Position numbers and translations under genes: made by a program
Shown here: piece after piece, positions 18,394 through 29,853 of the stretch
How positions within the stretch are numbered: position 1 is the first letter of the stretch
How the letters are laid out: every line of letters starts with the position of its first letter
Notes under the pieces: generated by a model
What the model saw: the letters and a program-made list of their open reading frames with translations, nothing else
What the model was told of the DNA's origin: nothing
The model's database searches: none
NCBI GenBank assembly: GCA_964450835.1
Contig: CAYVEQ010000001.1
Coordinates: forward strand, 3,722-67,721
Direction: 5' to 3'
DNA length: 64,000 nt
Origin: an uncultured Synergistaceae bacterium
GTDB lineage: Bacteria > Synergistota > Synergistia > Synergistales > Synergistaceae

Positions 18394-18891
18394 CTATAAT
18401 TTGATCCCGTTGAGCAGCAGGATGCTGACCAGCAGACCGAAAACCGCGTAAGTTTCGCACATGGCCGGGAGAATGACCGCCTTACCGATTTCTTCGGGGC
18501 GCTTCGCAATCATAAGGATTGTCGCGGCGGACGACTTGCCCTGCCAAATAGCCGAATAGAAGCCGACTATCGCAATCGGCAGGCAGGCGAAGCAGATGCC
18601 GAGACCCTGCCAGACAGTTACGACCGTATCCCCGCCGAGGAGGCCGGACTTCTGCATAGCGAGAACCGCGACAAGCAGTCCGTAAATGCCCTGTGTGCCG
18701 GGAAGGGCCAGAAGAACGAGCGCGTAGCCGAATTTCTTGGGGTCCTCCGTCATGATTCCCGCAGCGGCTTCGTTAGCGAGGCCGATGCCCCACGCGGAAC
18801 CGGAACCCGCGAAGCCGACCGCGAGAGCCGCGCCAAGAATAACTAGCATCTGTCCAAGCTGATCACCGATTGTTGCGATAATTGTTTCCAT
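18394..18891 (-). CDS. ntpK: V-type ATP synthase subunit K (four-helix c subunit, Na+-type signature)
   Basis: LPGTQGIYG, WQGK and MCETYAV motifs; 165 aa. Confidence 0.95.
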   Translation of the reverse strand: METIIATIGDQLGQMLVILGAALAVGFAGSGSAWGIGLANEAAAGIMTEDPKKFGYALVLLALPGTQGIYGLLVAVLAMQKSGLLGGDTVVTVWQGLGICFACLPIAIVGFYSAIWQGKSSAATILMIAKRPEEIGKAVILPAMCETYAVFGLLVSILLLNGIKL

Positions 18892-18936
18892 AATAAAAAT
18901 TTACCTCCTTTAAAAATTGTGCCGCGTATACGCGTT

Positions 18937-20952
18937 TTAGTTTGCCGAAGATTCTTCCGTGATGCTGGAATACTGCGCCGCGTTGCAGAGCGGTTCAAAA
19001 TTGCGGCCGGTAGCTTCATAGAACTTGCCGAAGAATTCGACATACTGAAGTCTCAGCGGATGTATGAAAGCTCCCAGTATGTTGACCGCTATGCTGAACA
19101 GATGTCCCAGCACAAACAGCAATACAGCCAGCACAATGCCTACATATGGCACCCCTGAGACCAGTCCCGCGAGAAGGTTGATAACCATCCCGACCGCGGC
19201 GGAACCCAAGCCGAGCGCAAGCAGGCGGCTGTAGCTCAGAACATCTCCGAGATAACCTGTGACGTTGTAAAGGCTCATGACGCCGGAGAAGAGTTTCCCG
19301 AACAGGTTCTTCTTTTCCCTGCCTTGCGTCGCGACCAGAATGGCGGCTCCGGCTATCGCTACGATTTTGCCCGGCAGAGCAAGCGAGGGAGCAACGGCTC
19401 CTCCCGTGGAGCACCCGAAGAGCACAAGCCCGCAGAGGAAGAGTATCCAGCCGCCCTGGTCGGCGCAGGCCGCCAGTTTATCTCCCGCCTTCCAGTTCTG
19501 GTAAAAGGCAAGAAGCAGACCGTACATCAGCTGGACAAACCCGAGCGCGAGCGAGATCAAAAGCATTGTTATCGGGTCTCCCATCGGGTTTAAGAGCCGT
19601 ATCTTTGAAGCGACATGTTCGACGCCTGCAAGGAACGGGAACGCGGTAAGCGCGTCGCCGAACCACGACGTCGTTATGGCGCCGAAAGCGACAGCCACCA
19701 ACATACCGACAACCATCATCACGAAAAATTTGCGAAGCGTCGGCTGAAGCTGATAGCGTACCAGAAAATATCCGAGAAGCGCCGCGACAATCAAGCCGTA
19801 GCCCGCGTCGCCAAGACATATGCCCATAAACAGGAAAAAGAACGGGGCCATATGAGTAGTCGGGTCGACCTTGCCGTATGTAGGCGTGCCGTACATGACA
19901 GTGAGCGGCTCAAGGCATGAGGACCACGACGGGTTATGCAGAAAGGTCGGCGGAACCTCTCCGGTCTCTGGCTCCACTTCGGCAAATTCAGTAAACTTTT
20001 CGTATTTGGATACCGCTGTCTTCACTCTGTCAATTTCCGACTTCGGCACCCACAGTTCCCAGATAAGCACTTCTTCGGTCGGCTCGCCGGACTCCATAGC
20101 GTTGAGCCTGCGGCTGACTATGTTCCAGTAGTCGCTGTGGTCGCGCGCGGCCGCAAGCCCTGCGTCGGCGTGCTCCGCGAGTCTGTCTGACAGTTCCCTT
20201 TCCTTTTTCTCGAAAGAGGCAATGCCGGCGCTGAGCTTTGCCTTTTCCTCCGAAGAGGTGAGAATGAAATCTTTGGGAACTTCAACGCGTGTCGCCCCGG
20301 AATTAGCGAGCGCCGCCTGGAGACGTTCAGAATCGCATTTGCGATAGAGCACGGCAAACACAGTCTCCGGGTCCTTGTCCGCCCCTAGTATTTCCTGGAT
20401 ATCAGCCATATCCGCCAGTTCCGCCGTTATTTTCTCGCGCAGATCCGCGGCGGTGTCTTTTGAAACGCTGTAAATCGCACCGCTGACTGTTTCGGTTCCG
20501 GCAGTAAAAAATTCGAGCGGATATTTAATTTTTTCCAGCAAAACGGCCTGACTCATAAGTCCTTTCAGCCGCGAAATCTCGGCCCGCGTCTCCGTGAGGC
20601 TTTTCTCTATTTCTCTGAGTGAAGACGTGAGTTCCGCAAATTTCTGTCCATCGATCTTAGCCGCCAGTTCGCCAAACGACACAGAGGGCGCGCCGCTCAG
20701 CATTCTTTCCAAACCGCCCTCTTTGGTCTCGTATGGCTCCAAAAGGCGTATCACAAACTTCGCATCGCCGATCTGCTCGTCGATGCGGCGTTTTTTCTCG
20801 CGAAGCGGTTCGGCCGCTCCGGTATGCCGGGCGGGTTCGCCGGTTTTGCCTGAGAACTCGCAGCATCCCAGCGACTGAAGGCTGGCCGCTAAATCATCGG
20901 CGACGGATTTATGGACGGCAATCCGCGCCTTGCACATTTCAGCGAGAGCCAT
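18937..20952 (-). CDS. ntpI: V-type ATP synthase subunit I (a)
   Basis: YGTPTYGKVDPT, GDAGYG, GDVLSYSRLLALGL, HPLRLQYVEFFGKFY. Confidence 0.95.
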   Translation of the reverse strand: MALAEMCKARIAVHKSVADDLAASLQSLGCCEFSGKTGEPARHTGAAEPLREKKRRIDEQIGDAKFVIRLLEPYETKEGGLERMLSGAPSVSFGELAAKIDGQKFAELTSSLREIEKSLTETRAEISRLKGLMSQAVLLEKIKYPLEFFTAGTETVSGAIYSVSKDTAADLREKITAELADMADIQEILGADKDPETVFAVLYRKCDSERLQAALANSGATRVEVPKDFILTSSEEKAKLSAGIASFEKKERELSDRLAEHADAGLAAARDHSDYWNIVSRRLNAMESGEPTEEVLIWELWVPKSEIDRVKTAVSKYEKFTEFAEVEPETGEVPPTFLHNPSWSSCLEPLTVMYGTPTYGKVDPTTHMAPFFFLFMGICLGDAGYGLIVAALLGYFLVRYQLQPTLRKFFVMMVVGMLVAVAFGAITTSWFGDALTAFPFLAGVEHVASKIRLLNPMGDPITMLLISLALGFVQLMYGLLLAFYQNWKAGDKLAACADQGGWILFLCGLVLFGCSTGGAVAPSLALPGKIVAIAGAAILVATQGREKKNLFGKLFSGVMSLYNVTGYLGDVLSYSRLLALGLGSAAVGMVINLLAGLVSGVPYVGIVLAVLLFVLGHLFSIAVNILGAFIHPLRLQYVEFFGKFYEATGRNFEPLCNAAQYSSITEESSAN

Positions 20953-21265
20953 AAGACGCCATCACCTCTCTTACAAGCCAGTCTGCGACCTCGTCTGTGT
21001 CTTTCTTCTTACTTTCGTAAAACGCATTGGCATCTATTTCGCCCTGTTTGACCATTTCAAGAGCTTTGGACTCGGCCTCTTTCTCGGCTTCCGCCACCCT
21101 TTCGCGCCACTGCCTGTGGCATCGCTGTTTTGTGCTCTTAACGCACTGTTCAGCGTCAGACTGAGCGGCGGCGACAATTCTCGCGGCCTCAGCCTTAGCT
21201 TCGGAGACAATGTCCTTAGCCATAGCCTCCTGCTCACGAATTTCCTGCGCGATATTATCCGACAA
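20939..21265 (-). CDS. V-type ATP synthase peripheral-stalk subunit G/H
   Basis: Short coiled-coil protein leading the operon; probable TTG start at 21265 behind GGAGGTGA. Confidence 0.75.
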   Translation of the reverse strand: MSDNIAQEIREQEAMAKDIVSEAKAEAARIVAAAQSDAEQCVKSTKQRCHRQWRERVAEAEKEAESKALEMVKQGEIDANAFYESKKKDTDEVADWLVREVMASYGSR

Positions 21266-21327
21266 TGAAGTCACCTCCTCCCGTGGTATCGTTAAAATTT
21301 GGTATGAACCTTACAATACAGTAGTAG

Positions 21328-21356
21328 ATTTTACTTGCAATCTTAAATTGCGTCAA
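21328..21356 (-). promoter_or_regulatory. Promoter of the V-ATPase operon
   Basis: TTGACG-N17-TAAAAT. Confidence 0.7.
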
Positions 21357-21760
21357 TTTTCATACTTTAATATAAAATATACACATCCCTCCGGTCGGCG
21401 GCTCTCGCCAAATATTTTTCATCCGCAGCAGTGCGGATACATTTAAAACCGGCCTTTCGGGTCAAATTTTCTCTGCGGGTTATTTATCTATTCTGCTTAA
21501 TTATATCAACATATATTCTAACATTTGTTTTTTGAGTCTTAAACAATAAAAATTTTTTTGATGTAAAAATTTATCGCGCACCGCAAGACGACACGGCGAC
21601 TCTTTTTATTCATGGGGCTTTCAAAGACGAATTCCGCTTTTTCCACAGAATGAAGGTTCTTATGCTCAACTGTGAAAATATTTTCGCTGCAGAGGGTTTT
21701 CTGATGGGAATGTCTGCTTTATATGCTTCTCGGGCGAGAGGGCATCGCGCTTAAATAACC

Positions 21761-21795
21761 GAAACGGGAAACGCCTAAGCGGCGCTCCCCGTTTC
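21761..21795 (-). terminator. Terminator downstream of the tRNA pair
   Basis: GAAACGGGGAGCGCC / GGCGTTTCCCGTTTC stem with G-U pairs, then GGTTATTT. Confidence 0.7.
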
Positions 21796-21805
21796 AGCTT
21801 TTATT

Positions 21806-21881
21806 TGGCAGTCCCTAGGAGATTCGAACTCCTGTTAACGGGCTGAGAACCCGCCGTCCTGGGCCCCTAGACGAAGGGACC
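21806..21881 (-). tRNA. tRNA-Glu (anticodon CTC)
   Basis: Cloverleaf: GGTCCCT/AGGGACT acceptor, GCGGG-TTCTCAG-CCCGT anticodon arm, AGGAG-TTCGAAT-CTCCT T arm, encoded CCA; 76 nt. Confidence 0.95.
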
Positions 21882-21894
21882 GTCTCGCAAAAAA

Positions 21895-21968
21895 TGGCTG
21901 GGGTACAAGGATTTGAACCTCGATTACCTGATCCAGAGTCAGGCGTGCTGCCGTTGCACCATACCCCA
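21895..21968 (-). tRNA. tRNA-Gln (anticodon CTG)
   Basis: TGGGGTA/TACCCCA acceptor with U1-A72, CCTGA-CTCTGGA-TCAGG anticodon arm, encoded CCA; 74 nt. Confidence 0.95.
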
Positions 21969-21987
21969 ATCGGGCCGGACAGAGGCT

Positions 21988-22015
21988 ATTATATATGAAT
22001 CGGTCATTATGTCAA
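21988..22015 (-). promoter_or_regulatory. Consensus promoter of the tRNA pair
   Basis: TTGACA-N16-TATAAT, as expected for a stable-RNA promoter. Confidence 0.85.
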
Positions 22016-22124
22016 CCGCGCACGCGCGAAAATTTCCATGCTCTTTTCATGAGCCCGCCGCCCATGACCTTTGCCGTTTGCGGACGGAACTTCCTCGCGC
22101 GCCGTCAAACGCCCCGTTTGCCAA

Positions 22125-22937
22125 TCAGCTTCGCGTCTGTTGATCTTGAATTTTTCTAACGCTCCTTGCCCACTCGAACATCGCGAGCGCCGCTGCGACA
22201 GAGACGTTAAGAGAGCCGGTCTTCCCGCGCATCGGGATAAAACGAACATCGTCGCAGGCTTTCGCCGCGGCCAGGCCAAGTCCGCTCCCCTCCGCGCCGA
22301 CTACTATCGCGCTGCGCCGCGGCAAGTCTTCGCGAAAGAGCGTATCGCGCCCCTCCATGTCAAGGCCGGTAACCCAGAAGCCTGCCTCTTGAAGCCTGCG
22401 CACTGTCTGCGCGACATTGCCGATAAGCGCCAGAGGCACGCGAAGCGCGGCTCCGGCGCTCGTCTTGACCACCGTTCCGTTTGGGAGACAGCCGCCGCGC
22501 TTTGTCACAAGCACCGCCGAGGCGCCAGCGGCCTCCGCGCTTCGCGTCATCGCGCCGAGGTTGCGCGGGTCCTGCACATGGTCGCAGAGAAGCACCATCG
22601 CGGGGTTCGGCGGAACGGGGAGAGCGGCGATGAGTTCTTCGGCGTTCCACAGTTTCACCGGCGTTATGAAAGCGACCGCTCCTTGATGGTTTTCCCCGGA
22701 AGTCACGCGGCTGAGCGCCTCAGGCGCGCCGAACTGAAAGACAACGCCGGCCTCGCGGCAGAGCGACGTTATTTTGCTTTTTACGTGCGGCTGAATAGTT
22801 TCCGAAATCAGGACTTTCATGCAGCGTTCCGGACTTTCCTCAAGAAGAGATATTATCGGGTTGCGCCCCCAGCAGAGTTCTCCGGGCTGAGCGGCTTCTT
22901 CCGCGCGCGGTTTTCCCGTTTTTTTTCTTTTTTCCAT
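22125..22937 (-). CDS. rlmB: 23S rRNA Gm2251 2'-O-methyltransferase (SpoU family)
   Basis: HQG, DHVQDPRNLGA..RSA, VGAEGSG, IPMRG...SLNVSVAA. Confidence 0.92.
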   Translation of the reverse strand: MEKRKKTGKPRAEEAAQPGELCWGRNPIISLLEESPERCMKVLISETIQPHVKSKITSLCREAGVVFQFGAPEALSRVTSGENHQGAVAFITPVKLWNAEELIAALPVPPNPAMVLLCDHVQDPRNLGAMTRSAEAAGASAVLVTKRGGCLPNGTVVKTSAGAALRVPLALIGNVAQTVRRLQEAGFWVTGLDMEGRDTLFREDLPRRSAIVVGAEGSGLGLAAAKACDDVRFIPMRGKTGSLNVSVAAALAMFEWARSVRKIQDQQTRS

Positions 22938-22940
22938 TTT

Positions 22941-25760
22941 TTATTGTCCTCTTTTAATTTCTTCCAAGAAACGCGCGAGATATTTCGACGTCGGGCCGTT
23001 AGCGCGCGCTATTTCTTCCGGCGTGCCCTTGGCCGTGAGTTTCCCGCCGCCTTTTCCGCCATCCGGCCCGAGTTCCATTATGTAATCGGCCGAGGCCAGC
23101 ACGTCCAGATTATGTTCTATCGCGAGCACGGAATTTCCCTGTTCTACCAGCTTGTGCAAAAGCACCAGCAGTTTTCTCACATCGGTATAGTGCAGTCCCG
23201 TCGTAGGCTCGTCAAGCAGGTAAAGCGTATTGCCGCGGAATTTTTTGCCCAGCTCCGTCGCAAGCTTGACGCGCTGCGCCTCACCGCCCGACAGAGTGGT
23301 GGCCGGCTGCCCCAGGCGGATGTAGCCAAGGCCCGCTTCCTGTATGGTTTTAAGCTTATTGGCTATACGCGGCACCGCGCCGAAAAACTCCGCGGCTTCG
23401 TCCACGGTCAGTTCAAGAACGTCGGCGATAGAGAGCCCCTTATATTTTACTTCGAGAGTTTCTCTGTTGTAGCGCCGCCCTTTGCAGACGTCGCATTTCA
23501 CGTACACGTCGGGGAGGAAGAGCATTGAAACTTTTATGACACCGTCGCCGTTGCAGGCCTCGCACCGCCCGCCTTTGACGTTGAAGCTGAAACGGCCCGG
23601 CCTGTAGCCGCGCAGTTTAGACTCCTGCAATTCGGAGAAAAATTCTCTGATATAGGTAAAAAGGCCGGTGTATGTGGCGGGATTGGAACGCGGTGTGCGC
23701 CCTATGGGACTCTGGTCGACGAGCACAATGTTGCGCAGCGGCTCAAAGCCGGCGATGCTTTCAAATTTTCCGGGGCGTTCGCGAAATTCGCGGTCGAATT
23801 TGCCGCGCAGCCCCTTGTAGAGTATTTCGTAAAGCAGCGTACTTTTGCCTGAGCCCGAAACTCCCGACAGACAGGCGAATGTGTTCAGCGGGATGTCTAT
23901 ATTCAGTTTTTTCAGGTTGTTTTCGCTCGCGCCGCGCACTTTGACGAATGAAGAGGGTTTTCTGCGGCTGCCGCGTGGAATATATGTGCCGTCCGCTTCA
24001 CCCCGCAGATAAAGCGCCGTGCTGGAATTTCCGCGTTTTATTTCATCCGCGCCGCCTCCCGCGATAAGCTCTCCCCCTCGCTCCCCCGCTCCCGGGCCGA
24101 GCTCCAGTATGTAATCCGCGGCCAACATCGTGTCGCGGTCATGTTCCACCACAATTACAGTGTTGCCGATGTCGCGGATGGCGCGCAGAGTGTCAAGCAG
24201 TCTGTTTGTGTCGCGGGGGTGAAGGCCGATAGTCGGCTCGTCAAGCACGTAAAGCACTCCTGTGAGCTGCGAGCCTATTTGAGAGGCGAGGCGTATCCTC
24301 TGACTCTCGCCGCCGCTTAAAGTATCGGCGCGCCGTGAGAGACTCAGGTAGCCGGCGCCGACGTCGTTAAGGAAGGCGAGGCGCTTTTTTATCTCAATGA
24401 GCGCGACGCCTACGATTTTCTGCTCGCGCGCGCCGAGCTTCAGGCCGTCCAGAACTTTCAGCAGCTCATCTACCGGCATTTCGGTAAGCCGCTTTATATT
24501 ATAGCCGCCGAGCGTCACCGCGAGGGCCTCCGGTTTCAGCCGCGATCCTTTGCACGATGAACAGACGTCTTCCACGCGGTATCTGTCAAGCTCCGCTTTG
24601 TAATTTTCGGATTCGGTTTCGTTGTAGCGCTTTTCTATCCAGGGTATGAGGCCGATGTATTTCCCGTTGTATTCCCAGTCGCCCTGACGGTCGGTGAATA
24701 TCAGCGGAAGCACTTCGTCGGAACCGTAAAGCAGCTCATCTTTCGCCTCGTCCGGAAGAGATTTGAAGGGCATGCTCAAATCCCAGCCCTTGCGTTCCGC
24801 GAGCTTTTCCGCTTTCTGCAGCATGTGCTTCATTGCCTTCCACGGGATAAAGCCGCCGTCGGCCACCGGCAGCTCCGGGTTTACCGCAAGCTCCGGCGAA
24901 AAATGCGTATGAAAGCCGAGGCCGCCACAGTCAGGGCAGGCGCCGTCCGGCGCGTTGAACGAGAACAGCCGCGGCTCAATCTCCGGCAGGCTTATTTCGC
25001 ACACGGGACAGACATATTTCTCCGTCAGCTCGTTGTCCGCCATTCCGTCCGAGACCAGCAGCACCAGCCCGTCCGAAAGCTTGAGCGCCATCTCGACAGC
25101 TTCGCTCAGGCGCAGGCGGTTTTCCTTGCGCACTTTCATCCTGTCAATAAGACATTCTATGGTGTGGCGGCGTTTTTTATCCAGCTCGACACTTTCTTCG
25201 AGCCAATAGAGTGTGCCGTCGACACGCGCCCGCATGTAACCCTGCCGATGCAGTTTCAGCAGGAGATTTTTGTATTCGCCCTTCTTGCCTTTCACGACAG
25301 GGGAATATATTTCAAGCGGACGGCCGTCGTATTCTTTGAAGATCAGATCGATTATTTCGTCTACGCTGTACCTGTGCACCTCGCGTCCGCACTTGGGACA
25401 GTGAGGTGTCCCGGCCCGTCCGAAGAGGAGACGGAGATAGTCGTATATTTCCGTGACTGTGCCGACGGTCGAGCGCGGGTTGTGCCCCGTGCCTTTCTGT
25501 TCTATCGAAATCGCCGGCGAAAGTCCCGTTATATCGTCCACGTCCGGCTTGTCGGACATGCCGAGGAACTGGCGCGCGTAAGAGGAGAGCGATTCGACAT
25601 AGCGCCTCTGGCCCTCGGCGTAGATCGTGTCGAAAGCAAGAGACGACTTGCCGGAGCCGGAGGGTCCCGTGACTACGACGAGTTTATTTTTTGGAATATT
25701 TACGCTTATGTTTTTTAAGTTGTGCTGCCTTGCTCCGGTAATTTTTATTTCCTGTTCCAA
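22941..25760 (-). CDS. uvrA: Excinuclease ABC subunit A
   Basis: GARQHNLKN, two Walker A motifs ([16 protein letters not shown]), LSGGE signatures, zinc-finger cysteines. Confidence 0.97.
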   Translation of the reverse strand: MEQEIKITGARQHNLKNISVNIPKNKLVVVTGPSGSGKSSLAFDTIYAEGQRRYVESLSSYARQFLGMSDKPDVDDITGLSPAISIEQKGTGHNPRSTVGTVTEIYDYLRLLFGRAGTPHCPKCGREVHRYSVDEIIDLIFKEYDGRPLEIYSPVVKGKKGEYKNLLLKLHRQGYMRARVDGTLYWLEESVELDKKRRHTIECLIDRMKVRKENRLRLSEAVEMALKLSDGLVLLVSDGMADNELTEKYVCPVCEISLPEIEPRLFSFNAPDGACPDCGGLGFHTHFSPELAVNPELPVADGGFIPWKAMKHMLQKAEKLAERKGWDLSMPFKSLPDEAKDELLYGSDEVLPLIFTDRQGDWEYNGKYIGLIPWIEKRYNETESENYKAELDRYRVEDVCSSCKGSRLKPEALAVTLGGYNIKRLTEMPVDELLKVLDGLKLGAREQKIVGVALIEIKKRLAFLNDVGAGYLSLSRRADTLSGGESQRIRLASQIGSQLTGVLYVLDEPTIGLHPRDTNRLLDTLRAIRDIGNTVIVVEHDRDTMLAADYILELGPGAGERGGELIAGGGADEIKRGNSSTALYLRGEADGTYIPRGSRRKPSSFVKVRGASENNLKKLNIDIPLNTFACLSGVSGSGKSTLLYEILYKGLRGKFDREFRERPGKFESIAGFEPLRNIVLVDQSPIGRTPRSNPATYTGLFTYIREFFSELQESKLRGYRPGRFSFNVKGGRCEACNGDGVIKVSMLFLPDVYVKCDVCKGRRYNRETLEVKYKGLSIADVLELTVDEAAEFFGAVPRIANKLKTIQEAGLGYIRLGQPATTLSGGEAQRVKLATELGKKFRGNTLYLLDEPTTGLHYTDVRKLLVLLHKLVEQGNSVLAIEHNLDVLASADYIMELGPDGGKGGGKLTAKGTPEEIARANGPTSKYLARFLEEIKRGQ

Positions 25761-27735
25761 TCGCGCTTCCGCCTTTCAGTTTGCAGATGTCGTCCCTGAG
25801 CTGCGCCGCGGTTTCAAAATCCAGCCTCTCGACAGCCTCCCACATCCTGCGTTCCATTTCCGCTATGTTCTCCGCGCGTTCCGCAGCGGGGGAAGCCGCC
25901 CTCATGCCGGCGTAATGTTCTTCGCCGCCTGATGCCAGCTCATCAGGCAAAAGATTTCTGACAGATTTGATGATTGTCTTCGGTTCTATATGATGCTCCT
26001 TGTTGAACGCGGTCTGGGCCTCGCGCCGCCGTTCTGTCTCCTTTATGGCGAGCGATATGCTGTCGGTGATAACGTCCGCGTAGAGAATAACTTTCCCCGC
26101 GCTGTTGCGCGCCGCGCGTCCGATCATCTGTATCAGAGAGCGGTGCGCGCGCAGGTAGCCTTCGCGATCCGCGTCCAGTATCGCGACCAGCGAAACCTCC
26201 GGAAGATCTATTCCCTCGCGCAGCAGATTGACTCCCACAAGGACGGAAAAAACGCCGAGCCTGAGGTCGCGCAGCAGTTCCGCGCGTTCGAACGTATCAA
26301 GCTCCGAATGTATGTAGCGGACTTTTATACCGAGATCGGCCATATATTCCGCGAGGTCTTCCGCCGAACGCTTCGTGAGCGTCGAGACAAGCACGCGTTC
26401 GCCGCTGTCGATTATCGGCCGTATCTCGGCGAGCAGGTCGTCGACCTGCCCGGCCGCGCCGTGGACTTCCACTTCGGGGTCCGGTATCCCGGTGGGTCTG
26501 ATTAACTGCTCGACGACATGATCCGAGTGGGCGAATTCATAATCCCCCGGCGTCGCCGAGATAAAAAGAGCGTTTTTCATCAGCGGCTCAAACTCGGCCC
26601 ATTTAAGCGGCCTGTTGTCAAGACAGGAAGGAAGCCTGAATCCGTGCTCAACCAGTATCTCTTTACGGGCTCTGTCACCGTTGAACATGCCGCGCACCTG
26701 CGGCAGGGTCATATGCGACTCGTCGATGAAAAAAAGCGCGTCCTTCGGAAAGAAGTCAAGAAGCGTGCCAGGCGGGTCGCCGGCCTCGCGCCCGTCAAGA
26801 TAGCGCGAGTAGTTTTCAATGCCGGAGCAGTACCCTACTTCGAGCAGCATCTCCAGATCATATTTGGTGCGCATCTTCAGCCGCTCGGCTTCGAGATATT
26901 TTCCCTCGCCGGCAAAGCGGACGCAGCATTCTTCCATTTCTCTTTCGATGGCGCCCGCCGCATGTCTGATGGCGTCCGCGCTCGTGATATAGTGCTTTGA
27001 CGGGAATATGCCGGCTTTCTCTTTGCGCGCGAGGCTGCTGCCGCTCACAGGGTCTATTTCGTCTATGCGCTCTATCTCGTCGTCGAAGAAATATATGCGC
27101 AAAGCAGTGTCGCTGTACGACGGGAAAATTTCCATCGTTTCCCCTCTGCTCCTGAATGTGCCCGGCACAAGCGACATGTCGTTGCGCTCATAGTAGTTGG
27201 CAAGCAGGCGCATCATGAAATCACGCCGCGCCCAGCGTTCACCGCAGGCGAAACGGAAGATTGCCTCTTCGTAGCTTTTCCGCTTGCCGAGGCCGTATAT
27301 GCACGAGACGCTCGCCACAACCACAACATCGCGCCGTTCAAGAAGCGACTTCGTCGTCGCGAGCCGCAGTTTCTCTATGCGCTCATTGACGGAGGCGTCC
27401 TTTTCGATATAAACGTCCGAGGCCGGGATATACGCCTCCGGCTGGTAGTAGTCGTAATAACTTACAAAGTAATTCACTGAGTTTTCCGGGAAAAATTCTT
27501 TGAATTCGCTGTACAGCTGCGCGGCGAGAGTTTTGTTATGAGCCATAACGAGGGTCGGGCGGTTGAGCCTTGCAATGACGTTGGCCATTGTGAAGGTTTT
27601 CCCGCTGCCCGTAACTCCGAGGAGCGTCTGGCGCGTCCCGTCCTTTTCCATGAAACCGCGCGCAAGTTTTTCGACGGCCTGCGGCTGGTCGCCTGAGAGG
27701 CCGAAGGGCGCGGTCAGCTTAAATTTGTCTTCCAT
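25684..27735 (-). CDS. uvrB: Excinuclease ABC subunit B
   Basis: [44 protein letters not shown]. Start at ATG 27735. Confidence 0.97.
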   Translation of the reverse strand: MEDKFKLTAPFGLSGDQPQAVEKLARGFMEKDGTRQTLLGVTGSGKTFTMANVIARLNRPTLVMAHNKTLAAQLYSEFKEFFPENSVNYFVSYYDYYQPEAYIPASDVYIEKDASVNERIEKLRLATTKSLLERRDVVVVASVSCIYGLGKRKSYEEAIFRFACGERWARRDFMMRLLANYYERNDMSLVPGTFRSRGETMEIFPSYSDTALRIYFFDDEIERIDEIDPVSGSSLARKEKAGIFPSKHYITSADAIRHAAGAIEREMEECCVRFAGEGKYLEAERLKMRTKYDLEMLLEVGYCSGIENYSRYLDGREAGDPPGTLLDFFPKDALFFIDESHMTLPQVRGMFNGDRARKEILVEHGFRLPSCLDNRPLKWAEFEPLMKNALFISATPGDYEFAHSDHVVEQLIRPTGIPDPEVEVHGAAGQVDDLLAEIRPIIDSGERVLVSTLTKRSAEDLAEYMADLGIKVRYIHSELDTFERAELLRDLRLGVFSVLVGVNLLREGIDLPEVSLVAILDADREGYLRAHRSLIQMIGRAARNSAGKVILYADVITDSISLAIKETERRREAQTAFNKEHHIEPKTIIKSVRNLLPDELASGGEEHYAGMRAASPAAERAENIAEMERRMWEAVERLDFETAAQLRDDICKLKGGSAIGTGNKNYRSKAAQLKKHKRKYSKK

Positions 27736-27813
27736 TCCGTCGTTTGCGCACAACCTCCGCAATATGACAATAACTGTTAGATTTTAGCACAAACGGCGCG
27801 GCTGCGCGGAAGC

Positions 27814-27847
27814 ATAAAACAAGGGCCGCCTCTCGGAAAAGCGGCCC
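27814..27847 (-). terminator. Terminator after ftsH
   Basis: GGGCCGC / GCGGCCC stem followed by TTGTTTTAT. Confidence 0.7.
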
Positions 27848-27872
27848 GCAATCTTTGCTTATTTGCTTTTTA

Positions 27873-29813
27873 TCAATCGGAGCCGAGCTTTTTTTCGTCC
27901 TCGGCTTCGCTGTCAGAGGTCTCAAGCGCGGAGGGTTCGCCGCCCGCGTTTTCAGCCGGCTCCTCGCCGTCGCCTTTTTCTTCCCGCGCGGGAGGAGTCT
28001 GCTCTTTTTTCGGATAGCCGAGCAGATCGTCAAGCTCGTCGCCCTCGAGCACCTCGGCTTCAAGCAGCTTCTTCGTTATCAGTTCAAGGCGTTCGCGGTT
28101 CTCCGTAAGTATCTCCCGCGCCTTATCCATGCAGGAGTCGATTATCGAGCGGATCTCCACGTCTATGAGGTGCGCGATTTCCTCGCTGTAATTCCGGTCT
28201 TCGACAATATCGTGGCCGAGGAATATTTCGTGCTGTTTGCGCCCCAGCGTCACAAGGCCGAGTTTTTCGCTCATACCGAACTGAGTGACCATCTGGCGGG
28301 CAATCTGCGTCGCGCGCTCAAGGTCGTTGGAGGCTCCGGTCGTCACATCGCCGTAGCGGATCATCTCGGCCACGCGTCCGCCCAAGAGCACGCATATCCT
28401 ACCTGAAAGCTCTTGTTTTGAGATAAGGAACCTGTCCTCTTCCGGAAGCTGGAGCGTGTAGCCAAGCGCCATATGCCCTCGGGGAATTATAGAGATTTTA
28501 TGGACGGGGTCTGCGCCTTCTGTTTTAGCGGCCACAAGCGCGTGACCGGCTTCGTGGTATGCGATTATCTCGCGCTCTTTGGCGCTGATTACGCGGCTCT
28601 TGCGCTCCGGTCCGGCCATGACACGGTCGATGGCCTCCTCAAACTCCGGCATTTCGAGCTTTTCCTTATCGCGGCGGGCGGAAAGCAGCGCCGCTTCGTT
28701 GACGAGGTTCGCGAGGTCGGCTCCTACGAATCCGGGCGTCCTGCGTGCAATTACGTCAATATCCACGTCGTCTGCTATTTTTTTGTCTCTCAGGTGGACT
28801 TTCAGGATGTCGCGTCTTCCGTTGACATCGGGGCGGTCGACGACTACCTGCCTGTCAAACCGGCCGGGACGCAGAAGCGCTGGGTCAAGGATATCGGGAC
28901 GGTTGGTCGCGGCGATGAGAATTATGCCGTCGCCGGCCTCAAAGCCGTCCATCTCGACAAGCAGCTGGTTCAGCGTCTGCTCGCGCTCGTCGTGGCCGCC
29001 GCCGAGTCCGGCTCCGCGGTGGCGCCCCACCGCGTCGATTTCGTCGATGAAGATTATACATGGCTGGTATTTGCGTGCCTGTTCAAAAAGGTCGCGCACA
29101 CGGGCCGCGCCGACGCCGACGAACATTTCCACGAAGTCGGAGCCGCTGATGCTGAAGAACGGCACATCCGCTTCTCCCGCGACGGCCCGCGAAAGCAGTG
29201 TCTTGCCTGTTCCCGGCGCGCCGAGAAGAAGCACGCCGCGCGGGACTCTGGCGCCGAGCTTTGTGAATTTCGCGGGGTCTTTGAGAAACTGCACGACCTC
29301 TTCCAGCTCCTCTTTTGACTCGTCGCACCCTGCGACATCCGCGAATGTGACTTTGGGGCGATTGTCAAGGAAGAGCTTCGCTTTGCTTTTCGCGAACCCC
29401 ATCACCTTGCTGCCTCCGCCCTGCATATTGTAGATGAAGTATATCCAGACTCCTATCAGCAGGAGGGTCGGAAGCAGCGACGTGAGCAGCGCCGTCAGCC
29501 ATGAATTTTTCGGCGGCGGAACGATCTCGACCTCGACGCCTTTTGAGGCGAGCAGCGAAGGAAGAGAATCGGCGTCGAGTATAAAAGTGCGGAACTCTCC
29601 CCCGTTCTTCATCGTGCCGGTGAGCTCTTCGCGATCTATAAGCACTTTAGCGACGTTGCCGCCGCTGACCTCTTTCAGCATTTCGCTGTACGGCATGACG
29701 TTTGTCTGAGTTGATTTCTGACTGCCGTCCGGTGTGAGGAACACATTGACCAGACTGACTACAAGCACAATCAGGATAATGTACATCCCCACGTTCTTAG
29801 AAATTTTCTTCAA
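27873..29813 (-). CDS. ftsH: ATP-dependent zinc metalloprotease FtsH
   Basis: Two TM segments, [25 protein letters not shown]. Confidence 0.97.
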   Translation of the reverse strand: MKKISKNVGMYIILIVLVVSLVNVFLTPDGSQKSTQTNVMPYSEMLKEVSGGNVAKVLIDREELTGTMKNGGEFRTFILDADSLPSLLASKGVEVEIVPPPKNSWLTALLTSLLPTLLLIGVWIYFIYNMQGGGSKVMGFAKSKAKLFLDNRPKVTFADVAGCDESKEELEEVVQFLKDPAKFTKLGARVPRGVLLLGAPGTGKTLLSRAVAGEADVPFFSISGSDFVEMFVGVGAARVRDLFEQARKYQPCIIFIDEIDAVGRHRGAGLGGGHDEREQTLNQLLVEMDGFEAGDGIILIAATNRPDILDPALLRPGRFDRQVVVDRPDVNGRRDILKVHLRDKKIADDVDIDVIARRTPGFVGADLANLVNEAALLSARRDKEKLEMPEFEEAIDRVMAGPERKSRVISAKEREIIAYHEAGHALVAAKTEGADPVHKISIIPRGHMALGYTLQLPEEDRFLISKQELSGRICVLLGGRVAEMIRYGDVTTGASNDLERATQIARQMVTQFGMSEKLGLVTLGRKQHEIFLGHDIVEDRNYSEEIAHLIDVEIRSIIDSCMDKAREILTENRERLELITKKLLEAEVLEGDELDDLLGYPKKEQTPPAREEKGDGEEPAENAGGEPSALETSDSEAEDEKKLGSD

Positions 29814-29853
29814 GCTGAATTATCCTCCCTTTCCTCTTCATCCCTTTAAGAAA

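Noticed and set aside
22071-23528. 485-aa plus-strand ORF, and similar long antisense ORFs at 7053-8036, 35420-36841 and 44915-45829
   Set aside because: All lie opposite well-supported genes, read as Arg/Ala-rich low-information sequence and lack SD or family motifs.
27740-27810. LexA/SOS box upstream of uvrB
   Set aside because: No GAAC-N4-GTTC or CTGT-N8-ACAG match was found; only an extended -10 (TGCTAAAAT) is visible.
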